64,000 nucleotides of DNA from Fidelibacterota bacterium (lineage in GTDB: Bacteria > Fidelibacterota > Marinisomatia > Marinisomatales > S15-B10). A program made the translations under genes and the position numbers. The notes under the pieces were generated by a model, which ran no database searches, was not told where the DNA came from, and was given only the letters and a program-made list of their open reading frames with translations. Shown here piece after piece: positions 37,234-47,203 of the stretch. Each line of letters starts with the position of its first letter. Position 1 is the first letter of the stretch. The DNA lies in NCBI GenBank assembly GCA_012964825.1, contig DTTI01000058.1:3978-67977 (forward strand), read 5' to 3'.

Positions 37234-38263
37234 AATTCAACGCCTCATCACTTTTTCCTTTATTATCTCAACTTTTTTCTTCCCCTTGAGAGGTGAGTCC
37301 GTCTGGGTGAAGTACGGCAATCAGGTTTTCCGCGGTGTGGGGGACGCCAAGGCCATTGCGCTGAGCGAGGCGGAGGTAGCTTCTGCCACCGGACCTCTGG
37401 CTATCCTCTGGAATCCGGCCCGCCTTCACGGCAAAAGTCCCCGATCCCTGGTCTATGCTCACCAGGAACGGTTCGCTGGCGCCGTCACATTCGACATCCT
37501 CGGCGTGGATCTGAAAGAGCGGCCTACATCCAGATGGTCACTGGTGGTGATCAGGGAAGCAGTCCAGGGAATCCCCCGAACCACCGATGCGCTACTTTAC
37601 GAAACGGGCTCTCTGGATGATCCCACGGAGCGAGTTCTCTCATCTAATGTCACCTTTTTCAATCAGTCGCAGTGGGCCGGCATGGTGGGATTCGCCACCC
37701 AGAGGAAGGATTGGAAGCTAGGTGGTAATGTAAAAGTTCTCATGCATCAGCTTGGAGAATACTCCGGCTGGGGTATGGGCTTTGACTTCGGTGCTACTCG
37801 GAGTTTTTTCCCTAACAATGTTTTCGGCATATCCGTCCGGGACGTCACTACCTCGTGGATCGTCTGGGATTCCGGTATGGTGGAGCGGATTGCCCCTGAG
37901 GTGAGGTTGGGGGATGCCCATTCGATGGTCCTTAAGAAATTGCCAGTGAAGATCAATACCATGGCTACTGTGGTCATGTCATTGAGTGGAAAGACAAGAA
38001 ATACCGACATTGCTATCGGCAATATCGGCACCCGACTCCGGGGCGGCCTGGAGATTATCTATAAGGACAACCTGCGTGTGAGGTTTGGCAGAAATCCCCT
38101 CTCAGGCACCTCTATGGGTTTGGGCCTCGGTTTCGATTTCGGTGATATCGATTATGCTTTTGTTCCGTCACCTCTTGGTACTGTCCTCGGCAGCAGCCAC
38201 TACGTCTCTTTGAACCTCAAGCTTGATGCTCTAAGTTACCTCCGAACGAGACTCGGCCTGTGA
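37223..38263 (+). CDS. Hypothetical signal-peptide protein, probable outer-membrane beta-barrel (PorQ/PorV/PorP-like N-terminal pattern)
   Basis: 346-aa ORF with a hydrophobic N-terminus and alternating beta-strand-like segments. The motif AIALSEAEVASATGPLAILWNPARL resembles the N-terminal motif of T9SS-associated barrels. Weak, motif-level evidence only. Confidence 0.55.
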   Translation: MAFRIQRLITFSFIISTFFFPLRGESVWVKYGNQVFRGVGDAKAIALSEAEVASATGPLAILWNPARLHGKSPRSLVYAHQERFAGAVTFDILGVDLKERPTSRWSLVVIREAVQGIPRTTDALLYETGSLDDPTERVLSSNVTFFNQSQWAGMVGFATQRKDWKLGGNVKVLMHQLGEYSGWGMGFDFGATRSFFPNNVFGISVRDVTTSWIVWDSGMVERIAPEVRLGDAHSMVLKKLPVKINTMATVVMSLSGKTRNTDIAIGNIGTRLRGGLEIIYKDNLRVRFGRNPLSGTSMGLGLGFDFGDIDYAFVPSPLGTVLGSSHYVSLNLKLDALSYLRTRLGL

Positions 38264-38368
38264 TTGTTGATAACTTCTTGATTAATAGCGCCTTAAATCG
38301 CCAACTGAGGGTGTTATTAAATGCATAGGTTTAATTAAATTCTACGATGTTTGTAAACGGAGAGTTGA

Positions 38369-39235
38369 ATGATTCATAGTATGACAGGATTCGGCAGTGC
38401 TTCCGCCACCGATAGCGGCATCACCGTTTCTGTGGAAGTCCGTTCTTTAAACAGTCGCTTTCTCGATTCTCGCTTACGGCTGCCGAAACAGTTGGAGGGG
38501 TTGGAAGATCAGATGAACAGCCGGCTGCGCCAGTCGTGCGAGCGGGGTAGGATTACAGTGGCTGTATCGCTGGAACCTTCCAACGGTGCCGTGAACGGTG
38601 CACCTGAGTTGGACCGGAACCGGTTCGAGTCTTATAAGGCCCTGACAGAACAGATTTCGGAAGAGTACGATTGCGACTTGAAACTGACGGACCTGATGGA
38701 CATGCGTGATCTGATTGTCTCACAGGAGCCTGTAAAAATTTCCAACAAGACTGTACTGACTGTTCTTGAGGATGCCCTTTCACAGCTCAACGAGATGCGG
38801 GAAAGGGAGGGAAGTGCATTGGCAACCGATATCCAGTCGAGAGTTGCTAAAATGGATAAAATTCTGGAAAAGGTTCGACAAGCGGTAGAAAAGGACAGCG
38901 AAAATCTGAATCAGAAATATAGAGAAAAAATTGAAGCTCTGTTGAATAATGCTTCCGTGGATGAATCTCGTATCGCTATGGAAGCGGCTGTGTTGGCTGA
39001 AAAGGCCGACGTGACGGAGGAGAGTGTCCGGTGTGCCAGTCACCTTGAGCAAATTGGGAACCTCGTTGAAGGTGATAAGCCGGCTGGCAAGCGGCTCAAT
39101 TTTCTTCTTCAGGAGATTGTTCGAGAGATCAATACAATCGGTTCCAAGTCAGCTGACCTTTCCGTTATCAACCACGTGGTGGATTTGAAAGAAGAAGCTG
39201 AAAAAATCAAAGAGCAGGTGCAGAATATTTTATGA
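38369..39235 (+). CDS. yicC: YicC-family stress-induced protein
   Basis: 288 aa. Motifs: MTGFG, EVRSLNSRFLD and REINTIGSK. Confidence 0.9.
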   Translation: MIHSMTGFGSASATDSGITVSVEVRSLNSRFLDSRLRLPKQLEGLEDQMNSRLRQSCERGRITVAVSLEPSNGAVNGAPELDRNRFESYKALTEQISEEYDCDLKLTDLMDMRDLIVSQEPVKISNKTVLTVLEDALSQLNEMREREGSALATDIQSRVAKMDKILEKVRQAVEKDSENLNQKYREKIEALLNNASVDESRIAMEAAVLAEKADVTEESVRCASHLEQIGNLVEGDKPAGKRLNFLLQEIVREINTIGSKSADLSVINHVVDLKEEAEKIKEQVQNIL

Positions 39236-39810
39236 ACGCCAAATTGATCGTCATCTCTGCGCCGTCTGGAGCGGGGAAGACAACTATTGTCAGAAAGCTG
39301 CAAGAGCTGCACCCTGACTGGCAGTTTTCCGTCTCCTGCACTACTCGGCCAAAGCGGGATTATGAGAAGGCCACCGAAGATTATGAATTCATCACAGCCG
39401 GGGAATTTTCAGAGCGTATTGAAAACAGGGAACTGTTGGAATATGAGGAAGTACACGGATACATGTATGGGACAACACGGGCGGCAGTGGACACGGCCCG
39501 CCAAAATGGTATTGTTCTCATTCTTGAGGTAGATGTGAACGGTGCTCTGGCCATCAAAAGAGTGTATCCGGATGAATCGGCCACTGTCTTTATTTTCCCG
39601 CCCAGTCTGGAGGTATTGAGGGAAAGGTTGAAGAAACGGGGGTCTGATTCTCAAGAACGGATTGAAAGGAGACTTAAACGCGCAGCTATGGAAATGAAAA
39701 AAAGCCACAGTTTTGATATAGAGGTGATAAATAGTGATATAGACCAGGCCGTCAGTGAAATCAATGAAAAACTTAAACAAATGAATGGAGGATCAAACCA
39801 TGTCAATTGA
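39232..39810 (+). CDS. gmk: Guanylate kinase
   Basis: 192 aa. Motifs: SAPSGAGKTT and TTRPKRDYE. Confidence 0.95.
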   Translation: MNAKLIVISAPSGAGKTTIVRKLQELHPDWQFSVSCTTRPKRDYEKATEDYEFITAGEFSERIENRELLEYEEVHGYMYGTTRAAVDTARQNGIVLILEVDVNGALAIKRVYPDESATVFIFPPSLEVLRERLKKRGSDSQERIERRLKRAAMEMKKSHSFDIEVINSDIDQAVSEINEKLKQMNGGSNHVN

Positions 39811-40102
39811 AACTGTCCATTTCAGGGATATGGGTGAAAAATCTGAAGATGTTTTCGAAGCTGCTCTTGTTGTAGGTAAACGTGCCCGGCAGATCATCTC
39901 AGAAAGAATCGCCAGAAACGAAATTCGAACCTTTGATCGTGTCGCCGAATTTGAAGACGGTGAGGGTCAAGAGGAGGTGACACCCGATGTCGATTACGTT
40001 GAAATGACAAAAGCTACCACGGAAGCGTTGGGTGAATTTCTCAATGATGAATTAGAGTGGACTTACGGAAAAGGAGATGGAGAAGAACCGACGGAGAAGT
40101 AG
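39800..40102 (+). CDS. rpoZ: DNA-directed RNA polymerase subunit omega (with acidic tail)
   Basis: VFEAALVVGKRARQI matches the omega core motif, and yicC-gmk-rpoZ is a conserved order. ATG 39800 has GGAGGA 7 nt upstream. The ORF is open from 39785. Confidence 0.75.
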   Translation: MSIETVHFRDMGEKSEDVFEAALVVGKRARQIISERIARNEIRTFDRVAEFEDGEGQEEVTPDVDYVEMTKATTEALGEFLNDELEWTYGKGDGEEPTEK

Positions 40103-40778
40103 CGTGACTGTGGGCGAATCATCTTCGGTATCAGTTCTGGCGCAGAGATACTTCCGCCAGACGGCGGAACTGTTTGGGAATCAGCTCTATCTTGACAGCG
40201 TCCCCGATCTCTCCCATCAAGGAGATGCCCTTTCCCTGAACGATTTCCAGGAGCATATTTGTCAGTGCGTAAAGTGTCCGCTCGGTCACACCCGGACCAA
40301 GTTTGTGTTTGGCGTGGGTGACCCCCACGCTGACCTGGTCTTTGTTGGCGAAGCGCCGGGCCGGGACGAGGATTTTCAAGGTGAACCTTTTGTAGGCAGG
40401 GCAGGGCAGTTGCTAGATAAAATTCTCGCCGCCATTAAACTGTCCCGGAATGAGGTGTATATCTGCAACATCCTCAAGTGCAGACCGCCGGACAACCGAA
40501 CGCCGCATAAGGATGAGATTGAGTCGTGCATGCCTTATCTTGAAGAACAGCTTAATATAATCAAACCGAAACTGATTGTGGCTCTGGGCACAACTGCTGC
40601 TCACGCATTTCTCAAGGTCAAAACACCGTTGGGGAAACTGAGATCTCAGAAATGGAAGTGGAAAAATTTTGATCTTGTGGTCACTTACCATCCGGCAGCT
40701 CTTCTGCGTAACCCTGCCTTCAAACGCCCGGCGTGGGAAGATTTCCAATGGGTTAACAAATTGATGGCCGAAACATAA
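40077..40778 (+). CDS. Uracil-DNA glycosylase, family 4
   Basis: Motifs: CVKCPL (Fe-S Cys), VFVGEAPGRDED and PFVGRAGQLL. The start is uncertain: ATG 40077, or GTG 40104 just after the rpoZ stop. Confidence 0.87.
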   Translation: MEKNRRRSSVTVGESSSVSVLAQRYFRQTAELFGNQLYLDSVPDLSHQGDALSLNDFQEHICQCVKCPLGHTRTKFVFGVGDPHADLVFVGEAPGRDEDFQGEPFVGRAGQLLDKILAAIKLSRNEVYICNILKCRPPDNRTPHKDEIESCMPYLEEQLNIIKPKLIVALGTTAAHAFLKVKTPLGKLRSQKWKWKNFDLVVTYHPAALLRNPAFKRPAWEDFQWVNKLMAET

Positions 40779-40780
40779 CC

Positions 40781-42145
40781 ATGGCGGAAAATTCTCAGGA
40801 ACTCCATCTCAAAACACCACCCCAGTCGCTGGAAGCGGAAGAAGCTGTCCTCGGTTCAATGCTCATCTCAAAGGAGGCTGTGAGCCGCGCCCTTGAGATT
40901 CTCACCCCTGACTACTTCTACAAGGACGCTCACCTGAGGATTTTTCAGGCCATGAAAGATCTCTTTAATCAGGGAGAGCCGGTGGATGCTGTTTCAATCA
41001 TTAATGAGCTAAAAAAACGGAAACAGCTAGATGCCAGCGGCGGCGCCTATTTCATCACCGGCCTTTCGGACAGTGTCCCCACAACGGCCAATGTGGAGCA
41101 CTATGCCAAAATTGTTCTGGAAAAAGCTTCTCTTCGAAGCCTGATTGAAGCGGCTGCTGACATGTCCAAAGAAGCTTTCAATGACCAGCAAAATCTTGAA
41201 GATATCTTGGACCAGGCCGAGCAAAAAATCTTTGCCATCTCTCAAGGTCGTCTTAAAGGAAAGTTTCAGCAGCTCAATCCAGTTCTCCAGGAGACGTTTG
41301 AACGGCTGGATAAGATTCACCAGAAGCCGGGCTCAGTGACCGGGGTTCCCTCAGGCCTGGCTGATCTGGATGAAATAACTTCCGGTTTTCAGGAGGGAGA
41401 GTTGATTATTGTGGCCGGCAGGCCCAGTATGGGGAAGACAGCTCTGGCCCTCACCTTCGCCAGGAACGCCGCCATTGAGCACAACATCCCTGTGGGTATT
41501 TTCAGTCTCGAAATGTCTAACAGTCAACTTGCTATGAGGCTGCTTACATCTGAAGCCCGGGTAGACAGCCATTTGGTGAGAACGGGAAAGCTTCCCACGG
41601 AACAGTGGAGAAATCTTTCAATGTCCGTAGGTATTCTGGCGGAGGCACCAATCTTTCTTGACGATACGCCTGCCATTGGAATTACCGAGCTGAGGGCCAA
41701 GGCCCGCCGGTTGAAGGCGGAGAGTGATGTGCAGCTCATTATGGTAGACTATTTGCAGATGATGCGCGGTCCCGCATCTGCCGAGAGCCGGCAGCAGGAG
41801 ATTTCAAAGATATCACGATCGCTGAAAGCGCTATCAAAAGAGATATCTGTTCCGGTTATAGCGATGTCTCAGCTCTCCCGCGCACCGGAAGGGAGGAGTG
41901 ATCACCGGCCTCAGTTGTCAGACCTCCGGGAAAGCGGCGCCATTGAGCAAGATGCTGACGTGGTGATGTTTCTCTACAGAAAATGGGTCTACACCCGTGA
42001 TGAGGAGGATCGGCGAAAGGCCGAGATAATTGTGTCAAAACAGCGTAACGGCCCTACGGGTACTGTGTCGGCCATTTTTGTTGACAGCTACGCCAAGTTC
42101 GAAAGTGCAACCATTTTTGATCAGATGGTTGAGGAGCCGATCTGA
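40781..42145 (+). CDS. dnaB: Replicative DNA helicase DnaB
   Basis: 454 aa. Motifs: PPQSLEAEEAVLGSML, Walker A GRPSMGKTA and IEQDADVV. Confidence 0.96.
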   Translation: MAENSQELHLKTPPQSLEAEEAVLGSMLISKEAVSRALEILTPDYFYKDAHLRIFQAMKDLFNQGEPVDAVSIINELKKRKQLDASGGAYFITGLSDSVPTTANVEHYAKIVLEKASLRSLIEAAADMSKEAFNDQQNLEDILDQAEQKIFAISQGRLKGKFQQLNPVLQETFERLDKIHQKPGSVTGVPSGLADLDEITSGFQEGELIIVAGRPSMGKTALALTFARNAAIEHNIPVGIFSLEMSNSQLAMRLLTSEARVDSHLVRTGKLPTEQWRNLSMSVGILAEAPIFLDDTPAIGITELRAKARRLKAESDVQLIMVDYLQMMRGPASAESRQQEISKISRSLKALSKEISVPVIAMSQLSRAPEGRSDHRPQLSDLRESGAIEQDADVVMFLYRKWVYTRDEEDRRKAEIIVSKQRNGPTGTVSAIFVDSYAKFESATIFDQMVEEPI

Positions 42146-44328
42146 TGCGTGTGGCTGACCTCATTCCCACTGTTACTGGTTCCTACCCGAAGAATTTCCA
42201 GCAGTTGGTTCAACTGGTGGATGATCAGCAGAAGAAAAATGGTGAAGACCTCATGCAACAACTGTGGCCTGCCTATCAGTACAGCAAGGTTAACCACGAA
42301 GGGCAGCTGAGGGAATCGGGCCGGCCTTATTTTGAACACTGCATTGCTGTAGCACAGTCTCTTGCGGAGTGGAATATGGATCTGAATACCATAGTTGGCG
42401 GAATGCTTCATGACTGTCTTGAGGATACCAACGCTTCTTACGATGAGATCGCAAAAGAATTCGGTGAAGAAGTTGCCGAGCTTGTGGAGGGTGTAACTAA
42501 ACTGGGCGGGGTGGAGTTTGACAGCAGGAAAGAGAAACAGGCGGAAAACCTTATGAAAATGTTTCTCTCCATGGCGAAAGATCTTCGCGTTGTCATTATC
42601 AAGTTTGCTGACCGCCTCCACAATATGCGTACAATAGAGTATCTACCGCTCATTAAGCAGCGGCGTATTGCTGTTGAGACGAGGGACGTCTATTCGCCTC
42701 TGGCACACCGCCTAGGTATGTTCCAGATCAAAAGTGAACTTGATGATCTTGTGCTTTATACGCTGGAGCCGGATGCCTATAAAGAGATAGAGAAACTTCT
42801 CAAATCCACAGGTGGCAAGCGAAAGAAAACGCTAAAGGAGATCACCGAACCTATCAAGCAGCAGTTTGAAGACCACAACATTGCTTACAACATCAAGACC
42901 CGGCTGAAATCCCACGCTTCCATCCACAACAAAATGGTGTCTCGGGAAAAACTTTTTGACGAAATCTATGACATCTTTGCCCTGAGAATAATCGTCAGTG
43001 ATGTACCGGAGTGCTACACAACACTGGGACTGATCCATCAGCTTTTTACACCGGTCCATGAAAGGTTTAAAGACTTCCTTGCCACGCCCAAGATCAACGG
43101 TTATCAGTCGCTCCATACAACAGTGATAGGACCGTCAGGGAAGATGATTGAGATTCAGATCAGAACTGAGGAGATGGACCGCACCGCCGAGATCGGTGTG
43201 GCAGCCCATTGGAGATATAAGGAAAATGGGAAGAAGAAAGGTGATATGGACAGACACGTCCAATGGCTGAGGGATTTGGTGACCATACTGAGTGATGAGT
43301 CTGCTGATCCCGGTGAATTCATGAATCTTCTGAAAATCGACCTTTTTCAGAATGAGGTTTTTGTTTTCACACCTGCCGGCGATCTTGTGCAACTGCCATC
43401 AGGTTCAACGCCCATCGATTTCGCCTACGACGTCCACACCGAAGTGGGACATCATTGTCTCAGTGCAAAAGTGGACGGACGAATTGTCCCCCTTAATACC
43501 GAACTGAAAAGCGGTCAGACAGTAGAGGTGATAGCCTCCGATTCTCAGGCTCCTAGTGCCGCCTGGCTGAAATTTGTTATAACAACTAAAGCGCGAACCC
43601 ACATACGGCGCTGGCACCGCCGCTCGCAGCAAGAAGAAAGCGCCAAACTCGGCAAAGAGATTCTTGAAAAAACACTGCGTCGCATGAAGCAGATGGACAG
43701 GTTGAAAGATCTACTGCTTGATCCTTCAGCAGCTGGCTTCGAAGATGAAGAGTCCTTGCTGGTGGCACTCGGCAGTGGGCAGGCTACCGTAAAAGAGATT
43801 ATTCGTAAAGCGTTTCCGCAGGTTACGGTAGTGGACATTGAAGAGGTCAAAGAAAAGAGATCCTTTTTGGACATTGCACGCCGAAGTGCGAGAGGTGTGA
43901 GAGTTCAGGGTCTTGATAATATTCTCATCAATTTCGGCAAATGCTGCAACCCTATACCAGGTGATGAGATTGTTGGCTTTGTCACTCGCGGTCGCGGCGT
44001 CACGGTCCACCGGGCCGAATGTCAAAACCTGCCCATTATGAGCGAATCCTCTGACCGGTTCTTGGAAGTTGAATGGGATGTGGCACGGAAAACGGAATTC
44101 CTTTCTCAGCTTAAGGTGATGGCTGAAGATAGAAAAGCGTACCTTAAGGATATTACAGAAGCCATCTCGGGACTCAGTGTAAATATCACCAGTGTTGACG
44201 TTAAGGTGGAAGATGCTGTGGCTTTGTGTATGATTATCATTTCGGTGCCCAACGTCCGAAGGCTCAATATGGTGATCAAAAAGATCGAGAACATTCCCGG
44301 TACCGTTAGCGTCCAGAGGTCAACATGA
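42145..44328 (+). CDS. Bifunctional (p)ppGpp synthetase/hydrolase (RelA/SpoT homologue)
   Basis: 727 aa. It has an HD hydrolase motif (MLHDCLEDT), a synthetase region (YQSLHTTV) and TGS and ACT-like C-terminal domains. The start overlaps the dnaB stop (TGATG). Confidence 0.95.
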   Translation: MRVADLIPTVTGSYPKNFQQLVQLVDDQQKKNGEDLMQQLWPAYQYSKVNHEGQLRESGRPYFEHCIAVAQSLAEWNMDLNTIVGGMLHDCLEDTNASYDEIAKEFGEEVAELVEGVTKLGGVEFDSRKEKQAENLMKMFLSMAKDLRVVIIKFADRLHNMRTIEYLPLIKQRRIAVETRDVYSPLAHRLGMFQIKSELDDLVLYTLEPDAYKEIEKLLKSTGGKRKKTLKEITEPIKQQFEDHNIAYNIKTRLKSHASIHNKMVSREKLFDEIYDIFALRIIVSDVPECYTTLGLIHQLFTPVHERFKDFLATPKINGYQSLHTTVIGPSGKMIEIQIRTEEMDRTAEIGVAAHWRYKENGKKKGDMDRHVQWLRDLVTILSDESADPGEFMNLLKIDLFQNEVFVFTPAGDLVQLPSGSTPIDFAYDVHTEVGHHCLSAKVDGRIVPLNTELKSGQTVEVIASDSQAPSAAWLKFVITTKARTHIRRWHRRSQQEESAKLGKEILEKTLRRMKQMDRLKDLLLDPSAAGFEDEESLLVALGSGQATVKEIIRKAFPQVTVVDIEEVKEKRSFLDIARRSARGVRVQGLDNILINFGKCCNPIPGDEIVGFVTRGRGVTVHRAECQNLPIMSESSDRFLEVEWDVARKTEFLSQLKVMAEDRKAYLKDITEAISGLSVNITSVDVKVEDAVALCMIIISVPNVRRLNMVIKKIENIPGTVSVQRST

Positions 44329-44633
44329 AAAAAAAGAATTATACCAAAAAGGAGATAGCTAAGCAGGTGGCGGACCGTCTCGATTTGACGACGTCGAAAA
44401 CATATGATGTTGTGACTGAAACATTTAATGTAATGCGCGAAATGATGAGTAAAGATCGGGGCATTACCCGGATTGAGCTTCGAAACTTCGGCACTTTTTC
44501 TGTAAAACCGGCAAAAGCAAAACCGCGGGCAAGGAATCCCAGGACCAATGAGGAGGTTTATGTACCGCCTCACCGGAAGTCACACTTTAAGCCGGGCAAA
44601 CTCCTCAAATCTTCCCTCAGGAAACCACTCTAA
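44325..44633 (+). CDS. HU/IHF-family DNA-binding protein
   Basis: 102 aa. Motifs: LRNFGTFSVK and ARNPRTNEEVYVPPHRKSHFKPGK (beta-arm). ATGA overlap with the upstream stop. Confidence 0.85.
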   Translation: MKKKNYTKKEIAKQVADRLDLTTSKTYDVVTETFNVMREMMSKDRGITRIELRNFGTFSVKPAKAKPRARNPRTNEEVYVPPHRKSHFKPGKLLKSSLRKPL

Positions 44634-44651
44634 ATAAGATTTGGGCCCAAC

Positions 44652-45068
44652 ATGGGAAGACTCCTGGGCATCGATTACGGCGAGAAGAGGGTGGGCGTCG
44701 CCATCTCTGATCCCACCGGAACCATCGCTTCCGCCCTTGATACCATCCTATTCAAATCAAAAGAGGATCTTTTTCAACAGTTGAAAAAACGAATTGCATT
44801 AGAAGATATAGCAGGTGTTGTGGTAGGGATGCCTTTCGGCATGAAAGGTCAAGTGACGGCACAGACCGAGACGGTGCAAAAATTCATAAGCGAACTTCGC
44901 AGTCAGCTCTCTGTTTCTGTTAACTCCGCAGATGAGAGGCTCAGTTCTGTGGAAGCCGGTCGCGTTCTTAGGGAACAGGGCCATCAGCCGAGCCGTAACA
45001 AAGCCATGGTCGATTCAACAGCGGCGGCGATCATTCTTCAAAGTTATTTAGACGGTAAGAAACTGTGA
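44652..45068 (+). CDS. ruvX: Holliday junction resolvase-like nuclease RuvX (YqgF)
   Basis: 138 aa. Motifs: LLGIDYGEKRVGVAISD and DERLSSVEA. Confidence 0.9.
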   Translation: MGRLLGIDYGEKRVGVAISDPTGTIASALDTILFKSKEDLFQQLKKRIALEDIAGVVVGMPFGMKGQVTAQTETVQKFISELRSQLSVSVNSADERLSSVEAGRVLREQGHQPSRNKAMVDSTAAAIILQSYLDGKKL

Positions 45069-46567
45069 TAGAACGTCTGGCACAGTTAAAAAGCTGGCAG
45101 CTTGCCATACTGTCGGGTTTTCTCATTGGTGCTTCATTCCCGCCGTTCAAACTCGGGTTTTTCGCTTGGATTGGTTTAATTCCATTCATCAGGGCTGTCA
45201 TTCGCCTGACCCCCTGGAAAGCGGCTGGTGTGGGTTACCTTGCCGGTTTTATCACCTATGTTTTGACACTTCACTGGCTCTCATTTAACATCGGTGCCTC
45301 ATTTCCCGTGGTGTTCGCAGCCATGATGGCGGCGGCAATCTATCTCGCCATTTTTTGGGCCATCTTTGCTTTATTGTTTTCGTTGATTCACCTCCAGAGT
45401 GGAGCTGGCCTTGTTCTCATGCCTTTTCTCTGGGTGGCACTCGAATATGGCATGTCCCTTGGACCCATGGGGTTTCCGTGGGTTTCGCTGGCCACTACGC
45501 AGACTGATTATCTTCCAGTTATCCAGATGGTTGAGTGGACCGGCATCTATGGGATCTCCTTTTGGCTGGTCACCGTGAATGTGATTCTCTACGGTTTGAT
45601 GACGTTGCCCCGAGTTGCGTGGATGCCCCGGGTCCGGACTGCGCTCGTGGTAATTGTGATGGTCTGGCTCGCCGGTTACGGTAGGTTAGCCACTCTGCCT
45701 GAAATGGATGAAGCGAAAACGGTGGATTTAGCTGTTGTGCAGCCCAACGTTGGTCCTCATGAAAAGTGGCAGCCGGACAACCGCGACTGGGTATTCAACC
45801 GCCTCGATTCGCTCTATATGGTGGCGACGGAATCGGAGCCCGATATGATCATTTGGCCAGAGGCAGCAACTCCGGCCTTTCTTACAAAAAATTACCGGAG
45901 ATTAAGTCAAATAAGGCAAAGAATTCGACAGACGGGAATTCCACTCCTCACAGGAACAGTGGACTGGTCTAGTGTGAAAGGGAGGAGAGTTTATCATAAC
46001 AGTGCTGCACTCATCCGCGAAGACGGGTCAATTCCTGTTTACCATAAGCGGCAGCTAGTGCCGCTAGGAGAGTTCAACCCTTTTGCTCGCCAGCTTCCTA
46101 TTTCAGAAGAACTTAATCTCGGTCACTACACCAGAGGAATGGAAGAAACCACATTTCAGCTAAATGAAGCCTCCTTTGCATCAATTATATGTTTTGAATC
46201 AGTCTTTCCCGCTATTGTCAACGGGCTCAACCGCCGTGGTGCCCAGTTCCTGGTGATTGTGGTTAACGACGGCTGGTTCGGCACTTCCGCCGAGCCTTAC
46301 CAGCATGAGGCCATTGCCAGACTCCGCGCCATTGAGAATAGGTATCCGGTAGTCCGATCCGCCAATACAGGTATCTCAGCGGTTATCGACAGGAGAGGAC
46401 TTGAGGTGAAATCCATGGGTATCGGTGAGACAGGCGTAATTACTGCATCCATTGTGCCAATGAAGGAACACACCTTTTATCGAAACCACGGCAATTGGAT
46501 TGTAAAGTGGTCACTGCTTGCGACTGTTGTCATGGCAGGTGTGGGTTGGAGGCGAGCTAGAGCATGA
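45065..46567 (+). CDS. lnt: Apolipoprotein N-acyltransferase Lnt
   Basis: 500 aa with a polytopic N-terminal half and a CN-hydrolase C-terminal half (IIWPEAA, HKRQLVPLGE, ICFES). Confidence 0.9.
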   Translation: MIERLAQLKSWQLAILSGFLIGASFPPFKLGFFAWIGLIPFIRAVIRLTPWKAAGVGYLAGFITYVLTLHWLSFNIGASFPVVFAAMMAAAIYLAIFWAIFALLFSLIHLQSGAGLVLMPFLWVALEYGMSLGPMGFPWVSLATTQTDYLPVIQMVEWTGIYGISFWLVTVNVILYGLMTLPRVAWMPRVRTALVVIVMVWLAGYGRLATLPEMDEAKTVDLAVVQPNVGPHEKWQPDNRDWVFNRLDSLYMVATESEPDMIIWPEAATPAFLTKNYRRLSQIRQRIRQTGIPLLTGTVDWSSVKGRRVYHNSAALIREDGSIPVYHKRQLVPLGEFNPFARQLPISEELNLGHYTRGMEETTFQLNEASFASIICFESVFPAIVNGLNRRGAQFLVIVVNDGWFGTSAEPYQHEAIARLRAIENRYPVVRSANTGISAVIDRRGLEVKSMGIGETGVITASIVPMKEHTFYRNHGNWIVKWSLLATVVMAGVGWRRARA

Positions 46568-47199
46568 AAACTGTAATATCCATACTTTTGTTAGCACTTG
46601 CTCACCTGTCAGCCGCCGGCCCGCCGGAGAAGAGTGAGAAAGAGGACAATTCACTCATTATCAGATCGGCTCTGGTTCCCGGGTTTGGTGAATTGAAGCT
46701 GGGAGCAATCCGCAGGGCGAAATTTTTCGGCGGAATCGAACTTGGTCTCTGGCTAACGGTAATCGAATCCAATGCGGTTATGCACAGAAGTCGCTCTAGA
46801 ATGGTCTCCTATGCAGCCGTTCACGCCGGCACCGATCTTGAGGGAAAAGAACACCAATTCGCCGTTGATGTGGCCAACTATATGAGCCTCCATGAATTCA
46901 ACGAGGAGCATCAGAGGCGGCGGCTTCCAAGCCGGGTCTATCCAACGGAAGATTACGATTGGGTGTGGACCAGTGAAGATCACAGGGAGCATTACTGGAC
47001 CTATCTCCGGAGCCGTGCTCTTGCAGAAAAGATTGCTCTCTTTGCTATGGGGGGGATGATTGTGAACCGCATTGCGTCTGCCATCGATGTCTCCTATCTG
47101 GCGAAACTGCAAGATCCCGATCTGTCTCTGCATTTCCAACCCTTGCCTGGAGAAGTTGCTTCCGCCGGCGCACAGATGGTTATAACGCTTCCTTTCTGA
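46564..47199 (+). CDS. Hypothetical membrane/exported protein
   Basis: 211-aa ORF with a signal peptide (MKTVISILLLALAHLSAAG), two further hydrophobic segments and a His/Trp/Tyr-rich middle. ATGA overlap with the lnt stop. No family recognised. Confidence 0.6.
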   Translation: MKTVISILLLALAHLSAAGPPEKSEKEDNSLIIRSALVPGFGELKLGAIRRAKFFGGIELGLWLTVIESNAVMHRSRSRMVSYAAVHAGTDLEGKEHQFAVDVANYMSLHEFNEEHQRRRLPSRVYPTEDYDWVWTSEDHREHYWTYLRSRALAEKIALFAMGGMIVNRIASAIDVSYLAKLQDPDLSLHFQPLPGEVASAGAQMVITLPF

Positions 47200-47203
47200 A
47201 ACT

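Noticed and set aside
42121-42621. A 166-aa minus-strand ORF over the dnaB/relA junction.
   Set aside because: It is antisense to two tightly coupled (TGATG) essential genes and has a non-protein-like composition.
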